A stretch of 64,000 nucleotides of DNA from Squalus acanthias (taxonomy: Eukaryota), in the NCBI GenBank assembly GCA_030390025.1, contig CM059432.1, positions 108,440,001 to 108,504,000 on the forward strand, written 5' to 3'. Below, piece after piece: positions 37,121 to 49,444 of the stretch. Both the position numbers and the translations under genes were made by a program. The notes under the pieces are model-generated. The model had not been told where the DNA came from. It saw only the letters and a list, made by a program, of their open reading frames with translations, and did no database searches. Each line of letters starts with the position of its first letter. Position 1 is the first letter of the stretch.

Positions 37121-39700
37121 CGTGTGAGTGTGCGGAGTGTGTGAGAATGGTGTGCGAGGGTGTGTGAAAGTGGTATGTGCAGTGTGTGAGAGAGTGTGCA
37201 GTGTGAGAGTGGTGTGGTGCGAGAGTGTGCGAGGTGTATGTGGTGCGAGTGTGTGTGAGGGTGTGTGTGGGTGTGGTGCGAGAGTGTGCGAGTTGTGTGT
37301 GGGTGTGGTGCGAAAGTGTGCGAGGTGTATGTGGTGCGAGTGTGTGTGAGGGTGTGTGTGGGTGTGGTGTGAGAGTGTGCGAGGTATGTGTGAGGGTGTG
37401 TGTGGGTGTGGTGCGAGAGTGTGCGAGTTGTGTGTGGGTGTGGTGCGAAAGTGTGCGAGGTGTATGTGGTGCGAGTGTGTGTGAGGGTGGGTGTGGGTGT
37501 GGTGCGAGAGTGTGCGAGGTGTGTGTGGGTGTGGTGCGAGGTATGTGTGAGGGTGTGTGTGGTGCGAGAGCGTGCGAGGTGTGTGTGGGTGTGGTGCGAG
37601 AGTGTGCGAGTTGTGTGTGGGTGTGGTGCGAGAGTGTGCGAGTTGTGTGTGGCTGTGGTGCGAGAGAGTGCGAGGTGTGTGTGAGGGTGGGTGTGGGTGT
37701 GGTGCGAGAGAGTGCGAGGTGTGTGTGAGGGTGTGTGTGGGTGTGGTGCGAGAGTGTGCAAGTTGTGTGTGGGTGTGGTGCGAAAGTGTGCGAGGTGTAT
37801 GTGGTGCGAGTGTGTGTGAGGGTGGGTGTGGGTGTGGTGCGAGAGTGTGCGAGGTGTGTGTGGGTGTGGTGCGAGGTGTGTGTGAGGGTGTGTGTGGTGT
37901 GAGAGTGTGCGAGGTATGTGTGAGGGTGTGTATGGTGCGAGAGCGTGCGAGGTGTGTGTGGGTGTGGTGCGAGAGTGTGCGAGTTGTGTGTGGCTGTGGT
38001 GCGAGAGAGTGCGAGTTGTGTGTGAGGGTGTGTGGGTGTGGTGTGGTGTGAGTGTGCGAGGTGTGTGTGAGGGTGGGTGTGGTGTGAGTGTGCGAGGTGT
38101 GTGTGAGGGTGGGTGTGGTGTGAGTGTGCGAGGTGTGTGTGAGGGTGGGTGTGGTGTGGTGTGAGTGTGCGAGGTGTGTGTGAGGGTGGGTGTTGTGCGA
38201 GGTGTGTGTGAGGGTGGGTGTGGTGCGAGAGAGTGCGAGGTGTGTGTGAGGGTGTGTGGGTGTGGTGTGAGTGTGTGCGAGGTGTGTGTGAGGGTGGGTG
38301 TGGTGTGGTGTGAGTGTGCGAGGTGTGTGTGAGGGTGGGTGTGGTGCGAGAGAGTGCGAGGTGTGTGTGAGGGTGGGTGTGGTGCGAGAGAGTGCGAGGT
38401 GTGTGTGAGGGTGGGTGTGGTGTGAGTGTGCGAGGTGTGTGTGTGGTGTGAGAGTGTGCGAGGTGTGTGAGGGTGTGTGTGGGTGTGGTGTGAGAGTGCG
38501 AGGTGTGTGAGGGTGTGTGTGGGTGTGGTGTGAGAGTGTGCGAGGTGTGTGTGGGTGTGGTGTGAGAGTGCGAGGAGTGTGAGGGTGTGTGTGGGTGTGG
38601 TGTGAGAGTGTGCGAGGTGTGTGAGGGTGTGTGTGAGGGTGAGTGTGGTGTGAGAGTGTGCGAGGTATGTATGAGGGTGTGTGTGGTGCGAGAGCGTGCG
38701 AGGTGTGTGTGGGTGTGGTGTGAGTGTGCGAGGTGTGTGTGAGGGTGGGTGTGGTGCGAGAGCGTGCGAGGTGAGTGTGCGAGGTGTGTGTGAGGGTGGG
38801 AGTGGTGCGAAAGTTTGCGAGGTGTGTGTGGGGTGTGGGGTGAGGTGTGTGTGGGGTGTGGGGTGAGGGGTGAGGTGTGGGGTGAGGTGTGTGTGGGGTG
38901 TGGGGTGTGGGGTGAGGTGTGTGTGGGGTGTGGGGGTGAGGTGTGTGTGGGGTGTGGGGGTGAGGTGTGTGGGGTGTGAGGGTGAGGTGTGTGTGGGGTG
39001 TGGGGGTGAGGTGTGTGTGGGGTGTGGGGGTGAGGTGTGTGTGGGNNNNNNNNNNNNNNNNNNNNNNNNNNNNNNNNNNNNNNNNNNNNNNNNNNNNNNN
39101 NNNNNNNNNNNNNNNNNNNNNNNNNNNNNNNNNNNNNNNNNNNNNNNNNNNNNNNNNNNNNNNNNNNNNNNNNNNNNNNNNNNNNNNNNNNNNNNNNNNN
39201 NNNNNNNNNNNNNNNNNNNNNNNNNNNNNNNNNNNNNNNNNNNNNNNNNNNNNNNNNNNNNNNNNNNNNNNNNNNNNNNNNNNNNNNNNNNNNNNNNNNN
39301 NNNNNNNNNNNNNNNNNNNNNNNNNNNNNNNNNNNNNNNNNNNNNNNNNNNNNNNNNNNNNNNNNNNNNNNNNNNNNNNNNNNNNNNNNNNNNNNNNNNN
39401 NNNNNNNNNNNNNNNNNNNNNNNNNNNNNNNNNNNNNNNNNNNNNNNNNNNNNNNNNNNNNNNNNNNNNNNNNNNNNNNNNNNNNNNNNNNNNNNNNNNN
39501 NNNNNNNNNNNNNNNNNNNNNNNNNNNNNNNNNNNNNNNNNNNNNGTGGTGTGTGAGGTGTGTGTGTGCGGTGTGGGGGTGAGGTGTGGGGTGTGAGGTG
39601 TGTGTGTGGGTGTGGGAGTGGTGTGGGTGTACGGTGTGGGGTGTGGGTGTGCGGTGTGGGTGTGGGGTGTGTGGGTGGTGTGAGGTGTGTGGTGTGCGTG
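37121..39700. repeat. Complex GT-rich tandem repeat / minisatellite
   Basis: Shuffled units GTGTGCGAG, GTGTGTGAGG and GTGTGGTGCGAGA, switching at about 38820 to GTGTGGGG(G)TGAG units. Confidence 0.97.
39046..39545. other. Assembly gap (500 N)
   Basis: Run of exactly 500 N inside the GT-rich array; the true length is unknown. Confidence 0.99.
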
Positions 39701-41108
39701 CCCACGGGGTCCCGCTGGTGGCCAAGGTCCCCAGCCCACACGCCGCCTGTTTTCAGTGCTCGGTGTCCGCGGGTAACACTCGCCTCGCGGCAGTCCCGGG
39801 CTAATTGTGGGTCAGAGAATAGTCCGATTCAGTGTGTTTCGTCAATGATCGCTCACAATTTAAAAACCTAATTTGCGTCCGTAATGAAACTTTTCCAAAG
39901 TTAAATAACAATAACTTACTAATCTCCCCAGAGTAGCAATAGTTTGAGGTTTGACAGCGAAAAAAGGCTTGTCGGTGTGCAGCTGGCGGGTGTGGGTTGC
40001 AATTATCTCCCAGGTAAAAATATAAAGAACTGAACCTGTTAAAAACTCCCTTGGTGATGATGTTTTATCATTTGTACCAAAGGGGAACAGTTTGATACCG
40101 TCTACTGGAGCAAGTGCTACATAGTCGGTTGCAGTTTTACCGTCCATTTTTTAACATTGTCTTGAAACGGAAGAAATATGAAACAAATTAAAATAAACAA
40201 GGACACATTTGGTACATTAGGAACAGGGTAAAAGCACCCTAGTTCTGGATTTTGTTAAACAATGTATGGGGAATTTTTTTTTAACAAAAAGGCGTTATGT
40301 GTTAGAAATGTTTTTCCACATCAATCAAATTTACAAAACCCAAACCTCCAACGCTCTGTATTTTAGGCATTGATTTAATAACTTTCAGTAAAGCACAAAT
40401 TAAAAGGTGTTTTACTTTCATCTTAAACGTATCTTGTATATGCCAAATAATTGGTCACTAGTCAACAATTAAGTGTCTTGTTCATTCCCCATAAGTACAA
40501 ATGAGTGTCTCTTTGGTTCTCACTTTTGACAGGATATTTCCAATCAACAGTTATTTGTAGTTGTGTATTATTTTAACATTTTTGTATTGTATATTAAAAA
40601 AATGTTGCAGAAAATTTAACACGGTTTAGACGGGAAATTTTGTAACATGGTGCATACGTTTCTCTTCGATGTTTTAATATGGGGGGGAAATGTGTATTTC
40701 CAATTAGTGCCCTGCATAATACTAGTATTGAAATTCTAAGCTTAACAATAATACTTATTTTCTTGTTCAGCTGTAGTTGTCGTTTTTGTGAATATCAGTG
40801 ACTTAATCTGATGTTTCTAAAAGCAGCGCAAAATTACAGAAAGCATACTGTGTTTCCAAATAAAGCTTTATTTATTTATTAGTTCATTTAAAACAGACAC
40901 TTATTAACGGATAATTGAATGGCAAATTTCTATATGTAGTTTTGAAGCAAGGCCACTTCTTATGTGCAGGAAATACATGCAGTATGTTTGTGTGTATGTG
41001 TGTACTGCTGTCATGTGATTTTTTTTCAATCCTATTTGGTGAAGCAGCTTGACTTTTTGCTTTTGCCTCTGTTTGGTGATGATTTTGACTGCAAGCGTTG
41101 ATTGACAG

Positions 41109-41213
41109 ATGCATGGCAGAAACCCCCATTCTGCTCTTCACAAGATATGTATGATGGATAGCGATCTCTTGGCCCAGAAGGATACAGGGACCATGCATGC
41201 TGTAATTGGTCAG
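41109..41213 (+). CDS. POU6F2: POU6F2 first coding exon (105 nt), MHGRNPHSALHKICMMDSDLLAQKDTGTMHAVIGQ
   Basis: ATG at 41109 and donor CAG|gtatgg at 41213/41214, phase 0, which joins in frame to the exon at 56112. Resembles the N-terminus of the long POU6F2 isoform as I recall it (MHARNPHS...VIGQ) and is syntenic with VPS41. Confidence 0.82.
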
Positions 41214-44200
41214 GTATGGAGTCAGCCATTTCTCAACTCCTCTCTTATTTTTCCATGGGGGTATAACAGTATGATTCATATAATTCATATTTACAGTACC
41301 TCTTTTCTACTATCTGGTCCGCAGTTATGTGCAGCTATTGTTAGTGAGAAATTCAACATCCCACCCTGACAATTAATGTTGAAAACTATTTGCTGCTTTT
41401 TGGTCTCTGTTTACTGCTTAATATGACTTTATCATAAAAAGAATATTTTAATCCCCTTTCTACTGTTATTTTATATATGTAGCATACCAATGAGGCGGTG
41501 TGAAGACTCAGATTTGGTGTACATTTGTGGGAGATTTACAGTATTATACTAATGTGTCTGCTGTGTTGCTCTGCCTTGTATATTTTACCCTTAATCCAAA
41601 TGATGTGTGACCTCAGTAAATATAGTAATTCCTGTTGTTGCAGTAGCCAGTCTGCAAATTAAAAAAACTACACCAATCTAAAAGGTCCAGGTGGTCTGCT
41701 GCGTCTAATGTAATACAGCAGAGTAGCTTTAATAAACAGCTCTATTTACTCCCTCAAGCCACCAAGATAAACTGGTCTAGAGCTGCTGTGATGAAATGCC
41801 AGAAGAATATTTCTCAAAGGCCTCACATGCTGGGCTTTAGAGCCATTTCGTCTTTGTCTACTGGATACCAGATGGGTCACTAGTGCTTCTTGTGTTGTTT
41901 GTATTCTGAGTAGTCCTTTGCTTTTAAGCACAATCATCTAAAAAGCAATCCCAGGCTTGTAATCTTCTTGTTTATCTGCAAATAATCACAGGAACTTGTG
42001 GAATTATGCTCTTCTGGGTAAGGAAGGTTGGTTAAGAACAGGCTGTGTAAAGTAAGCATTTTCCAGAGAATATTTTGGTAAAATTATATAAAATCACAAT
42101 AATAATTATAATAAATGTGTTCCAGGACAAATATATCAATATTTAATTTTACATATTGAAGGTGCAAAGAACAGCTATATAGATGTATGTGTATGTGAGT
42201 TTCCTTAATGTGTAAGGTTTCTGTGAAAGGTGTTACTTGAAAGAATCTCAGTCTGTTAGAAAATTGATGGAGAAGAGCTCCAAATGTGATTCAAACGTGA
42301 GTCTGACCACTCGCATTTACCCCAGTGCCTTAGAAGATTTAATGAGCAGATGTACAGTTCATGGAAAATATAATTGTTTTGAAGATTCTTTTTAATATTG
42401 GTCCTCAACAGTGAGTGTTCTGCATTCAACCAACAATCCAAATTAATTTTCGTCTGTTCATAATTCAATTCAAATATCTACTACCTAGAATACACGTATT
42501 CTAACAATACTCATTTGTTGGACTTGTACTTTTTATGTAGATATCTCTTTTGCTTTTCTCAACAATGTGTTATCTTTTGTACCATTGTTATTAACTTGAA
42601 TTACTTGTTAATTTAGATGTTAAACTATTCAGGTATTCTAACAATAGATCACGGGAATATTTGCTAATTGTAATCTGGTACATTTCGAAACTATGTGGTG
42701 CAGGACAAGTACCACGTGTTTATTGTCTACAGAGTTATTCTGAACTGATTAATTCTCTGTTCATGTAAATAAATGGTTTATAACAGCTTTATCATTTTAA
42801 TAGCTTAGACTTCACTTATCTGGTAGAAAAACACAAACTGATTTATTTCCCCAAGTTTTCAAACAGTGAATGTCAAACATAACAAAGTACTTTCAAGGAA
42901 TTCCATAAACTAATGGTCAGCGGCAGTCACAGCAGCAAATGGCCTTTTAATTCATCCTCTTGTTTAAATAATATCCCTGTCTGTGATGTGGACAACATGG
43001 TGCAGCTGAATTGGCAGGCATGTAATAGGCCAGACAATATTTTAAAAATTTATACGGGGCTCCATTCCTGTTGCCGGATTCAGCCAACTTTATTTCACAA
43101 CTGTCATAATCAAATCACAATGCCATTGTCCGAAGGATACGTCCATTTTTCAAAATTGAAAATGTAGTATTTCTGTTCCACAGTGTTCCACACAGGACTT
43201 CCTTCAGCCTTGGAAGATCGGTATCAGGGTATCTAATCTCAGAATATTCATCTCTGCAAAGGTCATATTTGTTGAAGGAGATGTCATGGGATTTTATGTA
43301 GATATAACGTCAAATTGTTATTAAACCAATTCTAAATGGACTGAAAAGGTTACTTTTTCTCACTTTCTTTCTGTGTGTGTGTGTCTCTGTGCCTGTTTCT
43401 CTCTCTCTCTCTTTTTCTTTCTTTTTTTCTCTCTTCCGCCTCCCCCCCCCGCCCCCCACTCCACTACGGACAAAGCAGTCAAATTATTTTTTAAAAACAA
43501 CATTCCACTCTACAGGACAAGCCTTTTAGCATTGCATTCATTTCTTTTCAGTGCAATTTTTATTTTGAAAATTTCACAACAGCAGATAGCTCATTATTTA
43601 ATAGCGCTGTTTGGAATGTAGAATCCCAGTCTGCGTTATTCAGATTGTGCAAATCTATTCACTGATCACAATAATCTGCATTCTTTTAGCATTGATCTTT
43701 TAAACAAAAAAGCCTGAAACATCCCTTATAAAAACATTTTTGGGGGAGAATTATGAATGCTGAAAAAGTATTTAATTTATTATCATAATTTTAGAATATT
43801 AAAAAAAAACTCATCATGACATAAATAATGGTGAACTCTGCACCTAAATAAAAATATGTGCTTTTTTTATTGAAACAGCTAGGAATAGAGAAACATGACT
43901 CAATGCTACACCTTTTATAATTTTACTTTTAAAAGATTCAGTCTCTGCAGTATCTATAATAATCTGTTTCATGTTCCATATTTGACAGCAGTACTTGGAA
44001 TGCTCAAGGAGATAATTTGAAAGTAGGTGGAAAAAGTTCTTTTATTTAGATAAACAGAATTTTACAACTTACATTCTTGTATATCAATTGTAAAGATTTA
44101 AATAAACTGGAACATATGGGCCTGAGGGGGATTTTACAAATACACCTTAAAAATTTCAGTGTGATTCCATCAATAAAATTCTTGAACTAAAACACTACAC

Positions 44201-47200
44201 GACTACGGAAAAAAATATTTTCTATCACTAGAGGATTAGAGATATTCTGCTCTTGTAGATTGTTCAAATCAGCTGTTATGTGAAACTAGGCTCCATGAAA
44301 AAGCTTCTGCTGTTTCCAGAATCCTCTTAATTTGTAAAGAACAATGTTGAACTTTCCTTTGTTTAATTAGTTTTGTTTATCAAAAATCAGGTGACTATTT
44401 TAGAAGGAAGAGCTATTTAAATTGCTCACGTTTGGCTTTTCAGATATAAATTAGATAAACAAACTGAAATGGGCTTAGGATGGAAACTAAATAACAATTT
44501 ATGCTACAGAATAGCACACTGTTGCTTAATAAACATGCATTTGTGTAAAATTTGAATATATTTACAAATAAATTATTTGAAGTATGGTTTATGTGTTAAA
44601 TTATCAAAGTTCATTGTACAGAATTAAATTTGGTGTGTTGTCAGAGGTCAGCAGTTTTTAATTTTTGTGTTTTAAACGTATTTTATACAATTGTCTTGAT
44701 CTGAGTGAGGCCTCATCCTCTGAATGACAGGTATGTTCATCAGTATTACTAGCCTCCTGTTTATGTCTCAGCTGAGGCAGACAGGTCACAGCGTCCAGTC
44801 ACCCTTCTCACACTGCTGTCCCCGGGGAACAGTCCAACCATGCCATCATGATCCCTAGGCCCGAGGGCTTGGTCTAGCTGTGCATTTGTATGTTCGCTGG
44901 GTATGAAAACCATAATACAGCTCAGTTTGTTAAATGAGGTACAGAGAGAACAAAACTGCTGTGACATGAAGCAGGGGAGCCTTGTGTGTGTGGGTGTGTG
45001 TGTGTATGTGTCTGTGCATGTGCGCATGTGTGTAAGGGACTGGGGGATGGTGGGAAGGGAACTGGAGACTAATATTATTCTAAACTCATTTGCTATTTTA
45101 CTGATTCAGGATGTAACATGACTATCTTTTTATTATTAACCCCTTGAAGACGGAAAAACATTTGTACAGCAAAATAAAAAAATATTTAAAAGTAACTCAC
45201 CTGGGTTTTAGGAGCAGTGAAGAGATTTGATTTGGGTTTGAAATACTTACTAACCGCATTTGAAATGTTCACTATTGCAATTTTAAAATCTACTTAATAG
45301 TTAAGTGTTCATACATATTATGTGAGAGTGCATCATTTAATTAGCTTTTTATGTTTTGCTTGCAATTCAACAATGAGTCCTCATCTACTTGTATTGTAAC
45401 ATACCCTTAAATCTTAAACTTTGACTTAAATTAATGTTCCCATTTGCCAATGCCAATATTAGTATATTTTCTGTAAAGTCACCAATATTACACATAGGCA
45501 GGAAATCATAAATAAGTGATTCTCGCTAAATATACAATAAGTAAATATAATTAATGTAGGAAAAATAAATGCTTTCTGTCTGGTGCCTCAGATAAAAATT
45601 ATTGAAGCAATAATGGGCTTTTTACTAGAAGACGTTTTTCAGCAGTAAAGCAGCAATATGTTTTCATATTCTATTTTAAAAAATACCTTGTTATTTTTAT
45701 GAATATTCTATGCTCCCAACACTTACACAGCAAATCTGTAATTGAAAATATTTTACAAATAAATTAGAAATGTTTGTTTAGTTTCTTCAGAATCTGTTTT
45801 TCACACGTAAGTAAGGAGCTGGTTGATTTTTAAATAGTTAGGGGAGAAAATAGCCACTATTTGTGATATTAGGGTACAAATATTTAATTGTTTTTGATGA
45901 CATTTCTTTATTCACTAAATTAAATGTGCAGACTCCTCAACCATAACAGAGAAAGGAAAATTATATGAATGTGTTGAGCAAACAGTAATTTCTAGGTTAT
46001 TATCTTAATCTATTCAACTCTACACAAGTCAAAGCTCTTCCAAGTTTTTTTGTTACTGTAGACTAAATATTCTACTGCAAATCAGATGAGCAATAATCTA
46101 TCCCGCCATGTTTGGATCATTTTGTTCCCCCAATTTTATTCCTGTAGGTGAGTCACTGTAGAGTTAGCGATTCAGCTTTTAACCTTCAAATTTGAGTTAA
46201 TTAATTCTTCCTTTTTCCTCTGCATACAAAGTTTTTTCATTTTTTTAAAAAAGCCCCCTTTTTATTGGGACTTCTATGTGCAAAATCTGACAGATTATGA
46301 AATAATTGTGTTCAGATAGCTGTTCGTTTTGGTGTGCTCTCAGAAGATTTTAGGTACAACTTCAATGTTTATTTGCAAACATGGTCTAACTCCTGCCTTA
46401 GTTCCTTTCACCCACTAAACACGTGTGATTCTGCCCCTTCCTAATGATACACATAGTGAGCTGAATTTGGTTGGGTCTCTCATAATAGTCCTCCATCCTA
46501 GTATTCGGTACTTTGTTTTTTTAAATACCCTTGCCTATTAACCTTCTATTGTAATGGCTGTCAATCTACAAAAGGAGTGTACAAACTTTTTATCTTCATG
46601 GGTCAATTAATTACACACTGTGGAGCCTCATAGCCTGCATGTAAACAATTGCACTACAAAACGCCGACCACCACGTTTGAATGGAAAAGCTAATTTTATG
46701 TAATGAGAGAGACATAAAAGCACTCCCTTCAGCTTTGTCACAGATGGATTTAGAATGTTTCCACAAATGGGATAGAGCATTGCTGGGAACAAACCATTCC
46801 AAAAACAAGCAGGCTTGTGAAATCTGAAGGAGCAAATCGGCAGAGTTTGAGATATAAGCCCAAATCTACAGGCCTTCCAGAGTGTCAGCTCTGAATAGCT
46901 GCACCTAGATACCGAAAAAAGAAGCTGTGTTCATCAAAACATGGACATTTTAAAGCACATGCCCAGTGTGTTTCCTCAACAGAAACACTCGCACTGCTGT
47001 TTCATGTGTTAATCAGCAGACTGCGCTAATCTGGAAGTTAGGTACTGCCCTGGTAAATTTAAGTATCTAACTTGTAATAAGAAGCCAGGTGACAAAACAA
47101 AATACCTTACAATTTTTTTTGGGGAGGGGAGTAAGTATAGATTTGTGGATAAATATATTAAAGCATGTAATTCCTTTCCACACATTGGTACATTTCTCGT

Positions 47201-48008
47201 AATGTTATGTTCTCAGAACTGCTGCACAATATAAACAATAAGTTTAAAAATAAATCATTTTGCATTTTTCAACTGCAAATACTTAGTACAAAATGACCAA
47301 ATTGTAGTAATAAAGAAACTCGGTAAATCCCCCCAAAATTAAATCACTGCAGTCTAACAAAATTACAGTTTCTGATTATCGAAATTACTATTATTTTGGT
47401 GGAGTTGTGGGGGTGGGAGGGAGGTGAGGAGCTGCCAAAGTCACTGCGAGGCACTCCCGGCAACATTGGTAATGCTGGTTGTTTGAGGGCCGTCAGCATC
47501 CAGTTCCTGGATTGGCCACTAGCTGTCGTTAATTGGTGCACCATAGGCAGTCATTAGTGGTTTGTGGCAGGCCGGAAATCTTACTCTGAGGGCAGTCGAA
47601 TCTGAGGATGTACGCCTCCCTACTCTGAACACTTTCCTGAGTTCAGCCAGAGATTACTGACAGGTCTGGGCAATATTTTCTTTCCATTGTGTTAATTTTT
47701 TTGTTGTTGAAACCAGATGAAACAAAAACAGGCTGCTGCCTTTTGTTAGGCACAAGATTTGACCTGCATCTTTTAGTACCAAGAGACCTGGAGGCAAATG
47801 GTGAATAAAAGTGGCACCAGCTTTCAGATATATGGTACAGAGCTTATTTAAATAAAATAATTGCATACATTTTTAAATTTGAGAAAACACCTGTTCAGAA
47901 TGTTTAGAAAGCGCATGAGATCTGTGTGAATTTTAATCCCACCAAATGCAGGTTTTGGTAGTCTAGTCCCAATGTACATTACTACATCAGAAGAAATTAG
48001 GATACATT

Positions 48009-48176
48009 GGGGTAGAAATTCATCTTGGGTGGTATCACATCGGCCGGCAGTTATACGCTGCGCTTGATATTCAGTTCTGTTGAAGTCAATGGAACTGAAT
48101 ATTGAGTGGGGAGTATAATGGGAGGCAGATACGATACTGCTCGTTTTGCGCTACCTCCAAGGCAAATTTCTACCCC
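48009..48176. mobile_element. Palindromic MITE (PIF/Harbinger-like)
   Basis: TIR GGGGTAGAAATT / AATTTCTACCCC, ATT on both flanks (3-bp TSD), central stem ATATTCAGTTC...GAACTGAATAT. Confidence 0.85.
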
Positions 48177-48671
48177 ATTCATTTTGATGAAAATTCTCTG
48201 GCTTGCTTGAGAATTCTTTGTGTTTTGAACCCACGACACTATTTGTGTAGTGGAAAGAAATGGAAAACTGTATTGCATAGATTCCAGAGAATTTACAGTC
48301 AGATTAAATTAACTAAATTAGCTTTCATCTGAAGCAAGTTTTCAATGTCTCAAAGCCCAATATAGCTGAGGAATAGCAGGCTGGGATTTTTTTGAAAATG
48401 TTAACAGAGAAGAGGTGTGTCAGTCTGAAATTTGGAGAACAATAGGAAACTGACCTGATGAATTGACGTTCAGTAAAGTGAGTGGTGCTGGAGGAGAGAG
48501 AGGTGTCATAGATATGTGGAGGAATGCTGAGAGAATGAAACAAGTTCCTACTAAATTCAGGACTTTTCTTGATCATGCTGAATTGTTTCTGGTATAGTCA
48601 ACCAATGTGTTATACCAAAGCACTCAACATGACTGGTGATGGAAGTGCTGCAGAGGAGAGCTTTAACGTGT

Positions 48672-49115
48672 TAGCCATGGCTCTGTGGTAGCACTCGTCT
48701 CTGAGTCAAAAGGTTATGGGTTCAAGTCCTACTCCAGAGATTTGAACACTGACACTTCAGTGCAGTACTGAGAGAGTGCTGCACTGTCGTAGGTGTTATC
48801 TTTCAGAGGAGATGTTAAACCGAGGAACTGTCTGCCCTCTCAGGTGGATGTAAAAGATCCCACGGCACAATTTGAAGATGAGCAGGGGAGTTCTCTCAAT
48901 GTCCTGAACAATATCTCTCAACGAACATCACTAAAAACAGATGATCTGGCCATTAACTCACTTCCGTTTGTGAGACCTTGCTGTGTGCAAATTGGCTGCC
49001 GTGTTTCCCTACATTGCAACAGTGACTACACTTCAAAAGTACTTCATTGGCTGTGAAGCATTTTGGGACATCCTGAGGTTGTGAAAGGCGCTAAATAAAT
49101 GCAAGTTCTTCCTTG
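48672..49115 (+). mobile_element. Full-length Deu-domain SINE in POU6F2 intron 1
   Basis: A box tggctctgtgg, B box GGTTCAAGTCC, Deu core, L2-like tail. Confidence 0.9.
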
Positions 49116-49444
49116 CAGCTAATGAGGCTTGTGTTTTAAAAGGAAGACTATGTGATAGGTAAACACTAATGCTGTATGAATGGACTAGGGTGAATTTAAC
49201 TGTGTGGTTGTTTATAGGCAGTAATCTCAGAAGTGCTAGAAGAGATCACTTGTTTGGGCATAATTGAATTAACTGAATCTTTGTAATCTGTCCAATCCTC
49301 TTTGAGAAAAATTTCTTTGAGTTGTAAAATTTATTTTGCAATGTTGCAATGCATATTTTACTGAAATATGCTCTATTACATGTCATACCCTCTAAGGTAA
49401 TTCATTGTCTCCTCACCCACCTCTCTCCATGATGCAGTAAGTTA

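Noticed and set aside
37121..38820. CRISPR-like or telomeric array
   Set aside because: No constant repeat with unique spacers, no TTAGGG units, and a vertebrate context.
37018..39741. 881-907 aa His/Thr/Pro-rich ORFs on minus, and Cys/Val/Gly-rich ORFs on plus
   Set aside because: Artefacts of a stop-free GT repeat that is open in all three frames and spans 500 Ns; no coding signature.
48672..48745. tRNA gene
   Set aside because: The A/B boxes belong to a SINE head; there is no cloverleaf and the Deu body follows.
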